Shown here piece after piece: positions 18,041-26,796 of a stretch of 64,000 nucleotides of DNA. The translations under genes were made by a program, and so were the position numbers. The stretch covers positions 224,001-288,000 of the forward strand of contig CAWGIE010000031.1 of the NCBI GenBank assembly GCA_963822585.1, given 5' to 3'. Position 1 is the first letter of the stretch; every line of letters begins with the position of its first letter. Below the pieces are notes generated by a model. That model did no database searches. It saw only the letters and a program-made list of their open reading frames with translations, and was not told where the DNA came from. The stretch comes from an uncultured bacterium. Its GTDB lineage: Bacteria; Auribacterota; Erginobacteria; Erginobacterales; Erginobacteraceae.

Positions 18041-20149
18041 ATGAATAGTATCCTCGGGCCCCTATTGCGGCTGATTTTCTACGCGGCCGCCTTCTTGTTC
18101 ATCTTACTAGGCCTTTATCTGAAGGGCTTTTTCACCGACGCGCGCTTCCGGAAACAGAGGATCAGAACCGGCATCGGTCTTTTAACGGGAGCGCTCATCA
18201 TTTTTCTGATGGGCGCGGCCACGGGCGCCATGATCTTCCCCTTCAATGGCCCCGTCGGGATTCTCCTCCAGGGCGTTCTCCACGGCGGCAGATTTCTCGC
18301 CGCGTGGATTCCCGACCATCGGGCACCCGGCTCCGCGATCGTTCTGGGATTGATCATCCTCTCCTCGCTGCTCCTCGCCCTGAGCAGAAAAAAGACGAAC
18401 CTCTCCCTCGTGCTCCTTCTTTTCTCTTTCGGGGCGGCCCTGGTCGGAGGGATATCTCTCGGTGAAAGGGCGTTTCCCGAGATATATTTTTTCCTCGGGC
18501 TCGGCTGCCTCTACGCCTGGTTCAGCGGTCTTGTCGACAATCGCCTGCACCCCCCCCCCGGGGGGGGGATCGGGAAGACGACGGGGGCCCTATTGCTGGC
18601 GGCGATCATCCTCCTCGGCTTTATCCTCAGAAGCTACGCCCTGGGAGAGGTATCCTACCGCTTCGACCATTACGAATCCGATTACGGCCGGGAGGCACTG
18701 GCGGTACTTTCCGGCCGTCACAACGTCGGCCTCTGGACCTCCACCATCTGGCGGGGATTGGGACATCTCAACTATTCCCCGATATACGTTTACTGCACGG
18801 CTTTCTTCTTCCAGGTCTTCGGGGCAACCATCCTTTCCCTGAAGATGGTCTCGGTGACCTGGGGGATCATCGCTCTCCTTCTCACCTACGGAATCGTCAG
18901 CACCCTTTTTGGGAGACGGCTGGCCCTGCTGACGGTATTCCTCCTCGCCCTCTCACCGCTCCATAACAACTATAGCCGGATCGGTCTCCTTCTCTCCTCC
19001 ACCCTGACCGTAAGTCTGCTGGTTGTCTTTCTCCTGATACGAGCCGTCACCCGGCAACGTATTCTCTACTACGTTCTGCTCGGGCCCGCGATTACCTTTG
19101 CCGGGTATTTCTACTCCCCGGGCAAATACCCCATCCTCCTCACCGCGGCCCTGATCGCCACCTACAGCCTTTGCAAGCGCGGGTGGTTTATCCGCAACCT
19201 GGGCGGGATCATCCTGATGATCCTGTCGGTTATCCTCCTGATGGCGGCGCTCGATATCCCGGCCTGGGACGTGATGGCGCCCCGCTTCGCGGGGTACGAG
19301 TCGGTCTGGCACCGGACCCGGGACCATACCTTCACTCCGCAGCCCGACTATCGCCGGGCGGTCCCGCTGATCCAGGAAAATCTGGAAAAGCTCATCCAGA
19401 GCTTTTTCCTCGACAGGAACTTCAACTACGATCCCTGGCCCCGGGGAAACCTTTACTTCAACCCCGCCATCCCTCCCCTCTTCCTGCTCGGTGTCGCCTT
19501 CAGCCTGTCCCGAATCAGGCGCCCGAATTACCGGCTGCTGCTCTTCTTCGCCGCGGCCTTCATTATCCCCAATCTTCTTTCCCGGCCCCCGGTCATGGTT
19601 CGAAGAATGATGGTCTCCTGGCCCTTTATCTTCTGTCTGGCGGCCATACCGCTTTCCCAGCTTTTGAAACAAACCGGGGCCCGCTGCCCGAAGGGAGTGA
19701 CCGGCGCGGTTGGCGGGCTCGTCATCGCGCTGCTTCTCGTGATGGGCGCTTATAACTGCCTCATATTTTTTGAGAACCGCCAGCCGGCGGGGCGCTGGGA
19801 GGAAGAGCGGTTTTTCGACGAGTACGCGAAGAGCAAGATGGACAACTACTTCCTCTTTATCGTCCCCGCCAACGATCTGAGCAAGAAAACGATTTCATTT
19901 CTTCTCCATGAAAAGAATAAAACCGGGGCTCCCGGATATCAATTCCTGAACCCGGTCCAGGTCCGGAAATTGAAACGGGAAGATATCGCCCGACGGCTTC
20001 CGGTGGCGGTGATCTGTGCCGCCGGCACGGTTTCCCCCGATGAGCTGGCCCGGCTCCGGGATCAATTCGGGGAAGGCCGGGTCGAGGAGTTCCGCGACAC
20101 TTTCAACCGCCCCCGGGCCTGGACCCTTTTCATCGATTCTTTAAATTAG
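18041..20149 (+). CDS. GT-C fold (PMT_2/GT39-like) membrane glycosyltransferase
   Basis: 702 aa; extra N-terminal TMs, FILRSYAL...DHYE, SPIYVY, LALSPLH..YSRIG. Confidence 0.8.
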   Translation: MNSILGPLLRLIFYAAAFLFILLGLYLKGFFTDARFRKQRIRTGIGLLTGALIIFLMGAATGAMIFPFNGPVGILLQGVLHGGRFLAAWIPDHRAPGSAIVLGLIILSSLLLALSRKKTNLSLVLLLFSFGAALVGGISLGERAFPEIYFFLGLGCLYAWFSGLVDNRLHPPPGGGIGKTTGALLLAAIILLGFILRSYALGEVSYRFDHYESDYGREALAVLSGRHNVGLWTSTIWRGLGHLNYSPIYVYCTAFFFQVFGATILSLKMVSVTWGIIALLLTYGIVSTLFGRRLALLTVFLLALSPLHNNYSRIGLLLSSTLTVSLLVVFLLIRAVTRQRILYYVLLGPAITFAGYFYSPGKYPILLTAALIATYSLCKRGWFIRNLGGIILMILSVILLMAALDIPAWDVMAPRFAGYESVWHRTRDHTFTPQPDYRRAVPLIQENLEKLIQSFFLDRNFNYDPWPRGNLYFNPAIPPLFLLGVAFSLSRIRRPNYRLLLFFAAAFIIPNLLSRPPVMVRRMMVSWPFIFCLAAIPLSQLLKQTGARCPKGVTGAVGGLVIALLLVMGAYNCLIFFENRQPAGRWEEERFFDEYAKSKMDNYFLFIVPANDLSKKTISFLLHEKNKTGAPGYQFLNPVQVRKLKREDIARRLPVAVICAAGTVSPDELARLRDQFGEGRVEEFRDTFNRPRAWTLFIDSLN

Positions 20150-20168
20150 CGCCGGAGGCGCTAATTTA
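20142..20168. repeat. Short hairpin with C-GGA-G triloop spanning the upstream stop codon and a GGAGG
   Basis: TAAATTAGCGCC-GGA-GGCGCTAATTTA. Confidence 0.85.
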
Positions 20169-20170
20169 TT

Positions 20171-22384
20171 ATGGAAACCGTTATCCTGATCATGCTGGCG
20201 GCGGTCCTGGTCGGGGCGGGGATCGGACTTCTCCCCCCCTCGTCGCCCCGAAGAAGGAAAGCATCCGCGATAGCCATTGCCGGTCCGGCAACCCTGATTC
20301 TGAGCGGGGCGGTCTTCCTCATTGCTGAACTCACGGCTCGGGGGAGAGGTGGGGCATTTTCCTTCCTGGCCCTTCCGGTCGAACTGCTTTCCCGGTGGGG
20401 GGAGGCGGTTCTTAACTGTTTTATCCGGCCGCACCCGGGGCTGCGGACCGTGCTCGCGGCCCTCTTCCTGGCCGGGAGCGGTCTCTTCGTCGCCCTCCGG
20501 CGCCGAGAGGCCCTTCCGATCGTTCTTTCCTGGGCGGCGATACTCGCCGGGGTGCTCTCGGTCAGCTTCTGGGGCGAGCGGGAACTGGCCGGGTACTGGA
20601 TTTTCTGCGGGATCGGTATTGTCTGCGGTTTCCTCCCCGCGATCCGAAGCACCCGGAGACGGGATGAGGGTCTCCCGATCGGCCGGAGGATGACGGCGAT
20701 CGTCCTCTGCCTGATCGTCATCTCCGGCTTCATTCTCCGGTTTTACAAGCTGGATCTGATGCCGGCGGCGGTGCTTGATTATGAAGGCACCACCGGGCTC
20801 TCCGGTATCGAAGTCCTGGAGGGGAACCGGGGTTATCATCGGCTTCTCTGGAGTTTTACCGCCCGGCCGATCATGAATACCTACAGCGTTCCCTTCTTCG
20901 CCTTCCCCCTGGCCCTCCTCTTCCGGTGCTTCGGCGTCAGCCTGATCACTCTCCGTTCGTTGGCGGCGTTACTGGGGACCGTGTCGATCGGAGCGATGTA
21001 CGCGCTGGTCCGGGCAAGATACTCCCGGCTTCGCGCGCTCCTCTGCGCTTTCTTCCTGGCCGTCTCGGTCTGGCACGTCACCCTCAGCCGGGTCGGGCTG
21101 CCCCTGGTTCTCACCCCGCTTTACGCTCTTCTTATCGGCTGGTTCCTACTCCGGGCGTTCCGGACCCGGCGCTGGCGCTATTACGTTCTGGCCGGGATCG
21201 CTCTCGGCTGCTACTGGCTCTTTTACATGGTCGGGAAGATCATGCTCCCGGTGACCGCCGTCCTGGTGCTGCAGCAGGCCGTGGTGAAAAAAAGATTCCT
21301 CCGAGAACACTGGATTGGACTGGGTATCCTCTGCCTGACCGTTCTGTTGATCGCCTGTCTCAGCGGCCTGGGACCGGAAAAATGGCTTCTCGGAATAGGC
21401 AAACAGGATAAAAACTTCATCTGGTATCGCACGGGAACCCAGTCGGTGTACACCCCGGAGACGGATTGGGGATGGACCGGTTTCTACCTGCGGGAGAACA
21501 TCAAAAGATCTTTTCACCACCTCTTCTTTGCTTCCCACCACGAATTCCTCCTCCCCAGCAAGCTCCCCCTGATCAGCCCGCTCCTCTTCCCGTTTTGCGT
21601 CATGGGGTTCTTCTGCGCTGTCTTCGGCTGGAAGCGGGATCTGAACTTTTTTTTCATCGCCCTCGCCCTGGCCGCTTTCATCCCCCAGGTGGTCTTCGCC
21701 ACCTTCCAGGACAAGGCCAGTCCCCGGCATCTCATGCTCCTGATACCTTCTTTCTGTTACTTCACCGCGCTCCCTTTCGCGCTTCTCGGCGACGGACTCC
21801 TCCGGCTACGCGGTCGGTCGGGCGCGATCATAGCCGCAACGGCCCTCGGCCCCTTCCTCGCGGCCGTTCTTCTTATCGGGTTTTTCATCACTTTTTTATC
21901 CCCGCACTGGGAATACCGTGTCTGCCGCATGAGGCGGGACTGCGCCGAGTTCATCCTCCGGAACCTCGATCAACACTACTTCTACATCGTCCGCTCCCCG
22001 GATCCTCTCTACCTTCAGAACCGTATCATTGACTTCATCACCTATCCCCGGGTAGAGGCTCTCCATTATCACGTCCCGGATGACTACCCGCGAGAGGGGA
22101 AACAGGGACCCGGGGAAAGAAAAATGTACCACTATGTGCCGACAGACGCACTCCCCCGGCTCTTCGATGGACCGGAGCATGCGGCTGCCGGGGCCGGATT
22201 TATCTTCGAGCAGAAGGAACTAGTCCCCTTATTTGAGGCCCGTTTCGGAAAAGGCTCCGTTCGGGAACGCTGCCGGGAATGCGCGCCCTGGGTGTATTAC
22301 TCTTTTTTTTACCCCGATACGGCGGAAAAGGAAGGAACGGACGCAAGCGCAAAGATGGATGGAGACGAGAACAACAAGGAATAA
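20171..22384 (+). CDS. GT-C fold (PMT_2/GT39-like) membrane glycosyltransferase
   Basis: 737 aa; FILRFYKLD..P...DYEG, FGVSLITLR, LAVSVWH..LSR; paralogue of 18041..20149. Confidence 0.8.
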   Translation: METVILIMLAAVLVGAGIGLLPPSSPRRRKASAIAIAGPATLILSGAVFLIAELTARGRGGAFSFLALPVELLSRWGEAVLNCFIRPHPGLRTVLAALFLAGSGLFVALRRREALPIVLSWAAILAGVLSVSFWGERELAGYWIFCGIGIVCGFLPAIRSTRRRDEGLPIGRRMTAIVLCLIVISGFILRFYKLDLMPAAVLDYEGTTGLSGIEVLEGNRGYHRLLWSFTARPIMNTYSVPFFAFPLALLFRCFGVSLITLRSLAALLGTVSIGAMYALVRARYSRLRALLCAFFLAVSVWHVTLSRVGLPLVLTPLYALLIGWFLLRAFRTRRWRYYVLAGIALGCYWLFYMVGKIMLPVTAVLVLQQAVVKKRFLREHWIGLGILCLTVLLIACLSGLGPEKWLLGIGKQDKNFIWYRTGTQSVYTPETDWGWTGFYLRENIKRSFHHLFFASHHEFLLPSKLPLISPLLFPFCVMGFFCAVFGWKRDLNFFFIALALAAFIPQVVFATFQDKASPRHLMLLIPSFCYFTALPFALLGDGLLRLRGRSGAIIAATALGPFLAAVLLIGFFITFLSPHWEYRVCRMRRDCAEFILRNLDQHYFYIVRSPDPLYLQNRIIDFITYPRVEALHYHVPDDYPREGKQGPGERKMYHYVPTDALPRLFDGPEHAAAGAGFIFEQKELVPLFEARFGKGSVRERCRECAPWVYYSFFYPDTAEKEGTDASAKMDGDENNKE

Positions 22385-22385
22385 A

Positions 22386-23915
22386 TTACTGCGGGCGCTG
22401 TTCTTCGGGCTCCTCTACCGCGGACGGCGAACCGGGGGACGCTTCCACCGGCGCCTCTTTTTTTTCCAGCTGGCCCGACTTCAGATAGAGGGCGCAGGGG
22501 GCAGGGCACTTTTCAAACTCATCTCTCGCCTGCTCGGCCGCAAGAAGGTGATAACGGTCTTTGGCATACCCCAGCCTCTTTGCCTCATATTCAATCCCCT
22601 GGGGCCAACCCAGCTCCGTCCGGAAGAGATCGGTGTACACCGTTGAGACGTGCATCAGCCTAATCAGCTGCGAGCGCTGTTCCCGACATTTCACGAAAAC
22701 GTTATCCGGATCGCCGGCCGCTTTCGCGTACAGCCCGAAATAATTGTCCAGGTTCAGATACCCCGCCGGGAGGATAACCGCCAGGACCAGGACGGCCAGG
22801 ACCGGCGCCTGGAAGCGTCCCATCCACCGGGTGAGTAAATGCAGCAGGTAATTAATGCCAACGGCGGCGAGCAAATAGACGGGAGCCGTGGAGAGAACGG
22901 CGCGCCGGGTTTCGCCGGTGGTCATAATCATGGGGAGCATCACGGCCAGGATCCAGGTGATCAAGAACCGATACTGGTGCCGCTTGAGATGGAGGATCGA
23001 CCAGGCCACGCCGGCCAGGAAACAATACCCGGTGATGACGTCGTAACTCCCGCCCCGTTCGGCGATGATGCTGTGGCTCCAGCCCCAATCCACGAAAAAT
23101 GCCCGGTAGGCCGAGGATACGTTCGACCAGATCTGTGACCACATATGGCCGCTTTTCTCCCCGGCCATGAATCCAAGCGGCACATTCTTGATGAAGTAGG
23201 TGCTCAGACCTCCCCCCTGGAGATACAGCGAAAGAAGAAAGCCGGCGATCATAAGAATAAAATACTGATAATGCGACCGGAAGTAGCCCCGATCGAAGAT
23301 CATCCTCATGATCATGTTAACCGCCACCAGCGGGAAGACGATCCTGACCGGGACATAAAAGTAGGTGGCGAGCCCCATCAGGCCTCCCAGAAGAATATAA
23401 CTCAGCGGATTGTCGGGGCGGTCGATAGCGGCATAGAGATAGAAGCAGACCAGACCGAAGAAGATGGTGGCGCTGACATCGTAGCTAATCCGACTGTAAG
23501 TGAGGGCCCAGGAGGAAGTGGCCAGGAAAAACGCCGCGATCACCCCCACCGTCCGATTGAACATCTTCGCCCCCAGCAGGTAGAGAACCCAGACCGAGAG
23601 AATCCCGTATATCATCGATGCCAATCTAAGGGTCAGATAGCTGTCCCGGTAACCGAACAGCTCCATGAAGTAAACGGTGGGAAAGATGAAGAAGATATTG
23701 TTGTCGGCGGATCCGATACCGGCGGAACAGCCCGCCTGGTTCCGGATCGGCTTCTCCAGTGTCCTCTGGACGATCTCCCGGTCCCCTTGCATGATCTGCA
23801 TCGCCGTCAGCCCGGACAATCCCTCATAGATGGAGAATGAGATCGGATACCGGTTGATCCGGTAAAACATGGTAACCGTTGCCAGGACGACGACCAAAAA
23901 TGCCAGTTTTCTCAT
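22386..23915 (-). CDS. GT-C fold (PMT_2/GT39-like) membrane glycosyltransferase
   Basis: 509 aa; FYRI...P.SFSIYEG, LFG....TLR, FLATSSW...YSRI, YFYVP.R. Confidence 0.8.
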   Translation of the reverse strand: MRKLAFLVVVLATVTMFYRINRYPISFSIYEGLSGLTAMQIMQGDREIVQRTLEKPIRNQAGCSAGIGSADNNIFFIFPTVYFMELFGYRDSYLTLRLASMIYGILSVWVLYLLGAKMFNRTVGVIAAFFLATSSWALTYSRISYDVSATIFFGLVCFYLYAAIDRPDNPLSYILLGGLMGLATYFYVPVRIVFPLVAVNMIMRMIFDRGYFRSHYQYFILMIAGFLLSLYLQGGGLSTYFIKNVPLGFMAGEKSGHMWSQIWSNVSSAYRAFFVDWGWSHSIIAERGGSYDVITGYCFLAGVAWSILHLKRHQYRFLITWILAVMLPMIMTTGETRRAVLSTAPVYLLAAVGINYLLHLLTRWMGRFQAPVLAVLVLAVILPAGYLNLDNYFGLYAKAAGDPDNVFVKCREQRSQLIRLMHVSTVYTDLFRTELGWPQGIEYEAKRLGYAKDRYHLLAAEQARDEFEKCPAPCALYLKSGQLEKKEAPVEASPGSPSAVEEPEEQRPQ

Positions 23916-24006
23916 ACAAGTTAGCGCCTCCGGCGCAACTTGTAGTGTAAAGTGTAAGGTGTAATGGGTAAGGAAACTTTTTCCTATGCCTTACACTTCA
24001 CGCTAC
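23915..24006. repeat. Short hairpin (23915-23944) followed by a heptamer-periodic inverted repeat (GTGTAAR)n...(TTACAC)
   Basis: Minus strand reads TACAAGTTGCGCC-GGA-GGCGCTAACTTGTA running into the ATG; then gtagtgtaaagtgtaaggtgtaa...ccttacacttcacgctac. Confidence 0.7.
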
Positions 24007-24060
24007 TGTTTTGAATTTCCGAAAAAGGATAAAAAGGCTTAAATCCAGTCCGATTTAGTA

Positions 24061-24218
24061 ATGGAGCCCCACGCGCATGCGCGTGGTACCATCAATACCC
24101 GCCTTCGCCAAGGCTTCGGCGGGTTATCCGCCCTACTATTCTTTGGCGACATACGCCGTAGCGGGGAGTGCCCATCCATCCACGGGCAAGCCCGTGGTCT
24201 TCTATGAAGGCGGATAAA
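24061..24218. mobile_element. Non-autonomous palindrome-bounded element (IS200/IS605-end-like MITE)
   Basis: Subterminal hairpins CCACGCGCATGCGCGTGG (24069-24086) and CCACGGGCAAGCCCGTGG (24180-24197); internal ACCCGCC..GCCAAGGC..GGCGGGT; TTATCCGCC/GGCGGATAA pair; no transposase. Confidence 0.6.
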
Positions 24219-24277
24219 TCGTCCAATGATACCAAATACAGCTTTCGCAACCAATATGAAAACGAAACGAGTACTGA

Positions 24278-24307
24278 TTGACAATCAAGGGATGTTGTTA
24301 CTATTAT
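24278..24307 (+). promoter_or_regulatory. Putative sigma70 promoter for the GT2 gene
   Basis: TTGACA-18 nt-TATTAT ending ~10 nt before ATG 24317; no SD, so possibly a near-leaderless mRNA. Confidence 0.5.
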
Positions 24308-24316
24308 TAGCGTAGC

Positions 24317-25177
24317 ATGAAAGGTGTTTCCGTCATCATACCCGCCTATAATGAGGAGGGTGGCATCGGGCAAGTTCTTGCCGATCTCCGGGGGGTCCTC
24401 GAAAAAACCGCCCGGCCCTATGAGATCATCGTGATCGACGATGGATCTTCGGACCGGACCGGGGAGATCGTCCGTCAAACGACCGCCACCCTGTTAACGC
24501 ATCCCTCTAACCGGGGGTATGGCGCCTCCCTCAAACTCGGCATTGCCCGGGCTCAATATGACCATATCCTGATCCTGGACGCGGACGGGACCTATCCCCA
24601 GGATGCTATCCCGGCCCTGCTGGCGGAGGCGGATCAGTATGACATGGTGGTCGGGGCCCGGACCGGCCGGAAAGTCGCCATCCCCGCCCACCGGCGGTTT
24701 CCCAAGTGGCTGCTGAAAAAGATGGCCGATTATCTGACCGGAATGAAGATCCCCGACCTCAACTCGGGGCTGCGGGTCTTCAAAAAATCGGCCGTGGAGC
24801 GGTTCCTGCCCATCCTCCCGGACGGCTTCTCATTCACTACGACCATCACCGTCGCGCTCTTGTGCAACGACCGCCCGGTCCACTATGTCTCGATCGATTA
24901 CAACAAGCGTACCGGTCGGTCGAAGTTCCGGCCATTCCAGGACACGCTTAACCTCATCAGCCTGATCCTGCGGACCAGCCTCTATTTCAACCCGCTGAAG
25001 ATATTTATCCCCTTCGGCTTGGTCCTCTTCGTCCTGGCTGTTTTGGTCTTCTTCTACAGCAAATTCTTCACCCCCCAGGTCATGGATATCACTATCATCG
25101 TTATCATTATGACCGGTGTTCAGATACTGGCTTTGGGGTTGATCGCCGACCTGGTTGACAAGCGTACCGCCCGATGA
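24317..25177 (+). CDS. GT2 polyprenol-phosphate glycosyltransferase with two C-terminal TMs
   Basis: VIIPAYNEE, IDDGSSD, NRGYGASLK, LDADGTY, DLNSGLR, GFSFTTT. Confidence 0.9.
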   Translation: MKGVSVIIPAYNEEGGIGQVLADLRGVLEKTARPYEIIVIDDGSSDRTGEIVRQTTATLLTHPSNRGYGASLKLGIARAQYDHILILDADGTYPQDAIPALLAEADQYDMVVGARTGRKVAIPAHRRFPKWLLKKMADYLTGMKIPDLNSGLRVFKKSAVERFLPILPDGFSFTTTITVALLCNDRPVHYVSIDYNKRTGRSKFRPFQDTLNLISLILRTSLYFNPLKIFIPFGLVLFVLAVLVFFYSKFFTPQVMDITIIVIIMTGVQILALGLIADLVDKRTAR

Positions 25178-26595
25178 AGGCCCTGCTCATTAACCCCCCC
25201 CGCGAGAATGAACTGGTGGGGAATAACCCGGCCCTGATCGATGAGGCCCGCGGCTACAATCCCCCCCTGGGGCTTCTTTATCTGGCGGGGTACCTGGAGA
25301 AAAATACCTCCCACCAGATCGAAGTGATCGATGCCCAGGTAGAGGAACTCTCCTACCCGGTCCTGAAGGAGCGGATCCGGGAGGCCAGACCGAACCTGGT
25401 CGGACTCACCGCCATGACCTTCACCCTGCTTGATGTTCTGAAGACAGCCCGTCTGGTCCGGGAGATCGATCCCGAGCTGCCGGTAGTGGTCGGGGGAGTG
25501 CATGCCTTCCTTTACCCGGTGGAAACGGTGCGGCTTCCGGAAATAGACTTCGTCCTCAGCGGGGAGGGGGAGGCAAGTTTTGCCTGTCTGCTGAATGAGC
25601 TGGCGGGAAATCGGCGCCTGGAACGTGTCCCGGGGTTAACCTATCTTGAAAACGGAGAGCTGAGACAAAATGGCATTGCGCCCCTCTGCGCCGATTTGGA
25701 CTCACTCCCCTTCCCGGACCGACGGCTGGTCCCCTATGACAAATACAGTTCCGTGATGGCCCGACGGCAGCCGATCACCACCATGTTCACCAGCCGGGGG
25801 TGTCCCTTTCGCTGCTCTTTTTGCGCCCGGCCCCACCTGGGGAAACAATTCCGCTTCCGTTCGGCCGAAAACGTGGTCGACGAGATGGAGGAATGCATCG
25901 AACTCGGGATCCGGGAGTTTCTGGTTTATGACGACACCTTCACGGTCAACCGGGAACGGGCGATCGCGGTCTGTGACGAGATCATCAGCCGCCGACTCGA
26001 TATCGGGTGGGACATCCGGGCGCGGGTCGACTGCGTCGACCGGGAACTGCTGGAGAAGCTGAAAGCCGCCAACTGCGAACGGATCCATTACGGGGTGGAA
26101 GCGGGAACGGAGAAGATCCTCCGGGTTCTCAACAAGGGAATTACACTGGAAAAGGCACGGGAGACGATCTCCCTGACCGGGAAAATGGGGATCGAGACCC
26201 TCGCCTACTTTATGATCGGTTCCCCGACCGAGACCAGGGAGGATATCCTGAGGACAATCGATTTCGCCCTCGAACTAAAGCCGGATTATGTCCATATCAC
26301 CATCCTCTGCCCCTTCCCCGAGACCGCGATCTACGCCCGGGGATTGAGCGAAGGGGTCTTCTCGAGGGACCATTGGCGGGATTTCGCCCGACAGCCGACG
26401 CCCGGTTTCAGTCCGCCCTACTGGAACGAGATCTTATCCGACGGGGAACTGCAGGAACTCTTGCAACTGGCCTACAAAAAATTCTATACTCGGCCCTCCT
26501 ATATAGTCAGGAAGATGTTGCAGGTCAGATCCCTTCGGGAATTAAACACCAAGATGAAAGCGGGACTGAAGATCTTCGGGATGAAAAAAAGATAA
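25174..26595 (+). CDS. Cobalamin-binding radical SAM protein (class B methyltransferase-like)
   Basis: PPLGLLYLA, VGGVH, TSRGCPFRCSFC (CX3CX2C), DDTF, GVEAG, FMIG.P.ET; ATGA overlap with GT2. Confidence 0.9.
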   Translation: MKALLINPPRENELVGNNPALIDEARGYNPPLGLLYLAGYLEKNTSHQIEVIDAQVEELSYPVLKERIREARPNLVGLTAMTFTLLDVLKTARLVREIDPELPVVVGGVHAFLYPVETVRLPEIDFVLSGEGEASFACLLNELAGNRRLERVPGLTYLENGELRQNGIAPLCADLDSLPFPDRRLVPYDKYSSVMARRQPITTMFTSRGCPFRCSFCARPHLGKQFRFRSAENVVDEMEECIELGIREFLVYDDTFTVNRERAIAVCDEIISRRLDIGWDIRARVDCVDRELLEKLKAANCERIHYGVEAGTEKILRVLNKGITLEKARETISLTGKMGIETLAYFMIGSPTETREDILRTIDFALELKPDYVHITILCPFPETAIYARGLSEGVFSRDHWRDFARQPTPGFSPPYWNEILSDGELQELLQLAYKKFYTRPSYIVRKMLQVRSLRELNTKMKAGLKIFGMKKR

Positions 26596-26599
26596 CTTT

Positions 26600-26787
26600 G
26601 GAGTGCATTGACCGTGTCAATGCATGTTTTGGAGTGCATTGACCGTGTCAATGCATCGGTATGTCCGATGCAAGCAGAACAATAAAAGCATCGACACGGT
26701 CGATGTACTCCAAAAATAAAAGTGAGCACCGACACGGTCGGCGCACTCCAATAACATAAATGCGCATCGATCTGGTCGATGCACACC
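26600..26787. repeat. Cluster of six GGAG-type REP palindromes (BIME-like)
   Basis: GGAGTGCATTGACCGTGTCAATGCA at 26600 and 26631; central palindrome 26652-26672; inverted variants at 26688-26711, 26726-26749, 26764-26787. Confidence 0.85.
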
Positions 26788-26796
26788 AAAAATAAA

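Noticed and set aside
24039..24478. ORFs 24039..24284 and 24092..24478
   Set aside because: They are translations of the palindromic element and of the GT2 antisense strand, with no recognisable protein motifs.
26600..26787. Possible CRISPR mini-array
   Set aside because: Linkers between like-oriented units are only ~6-14 nt and similar to each other, orientation flips mid-cluster and there are no cas genes; fits a REP/BIME cluster.
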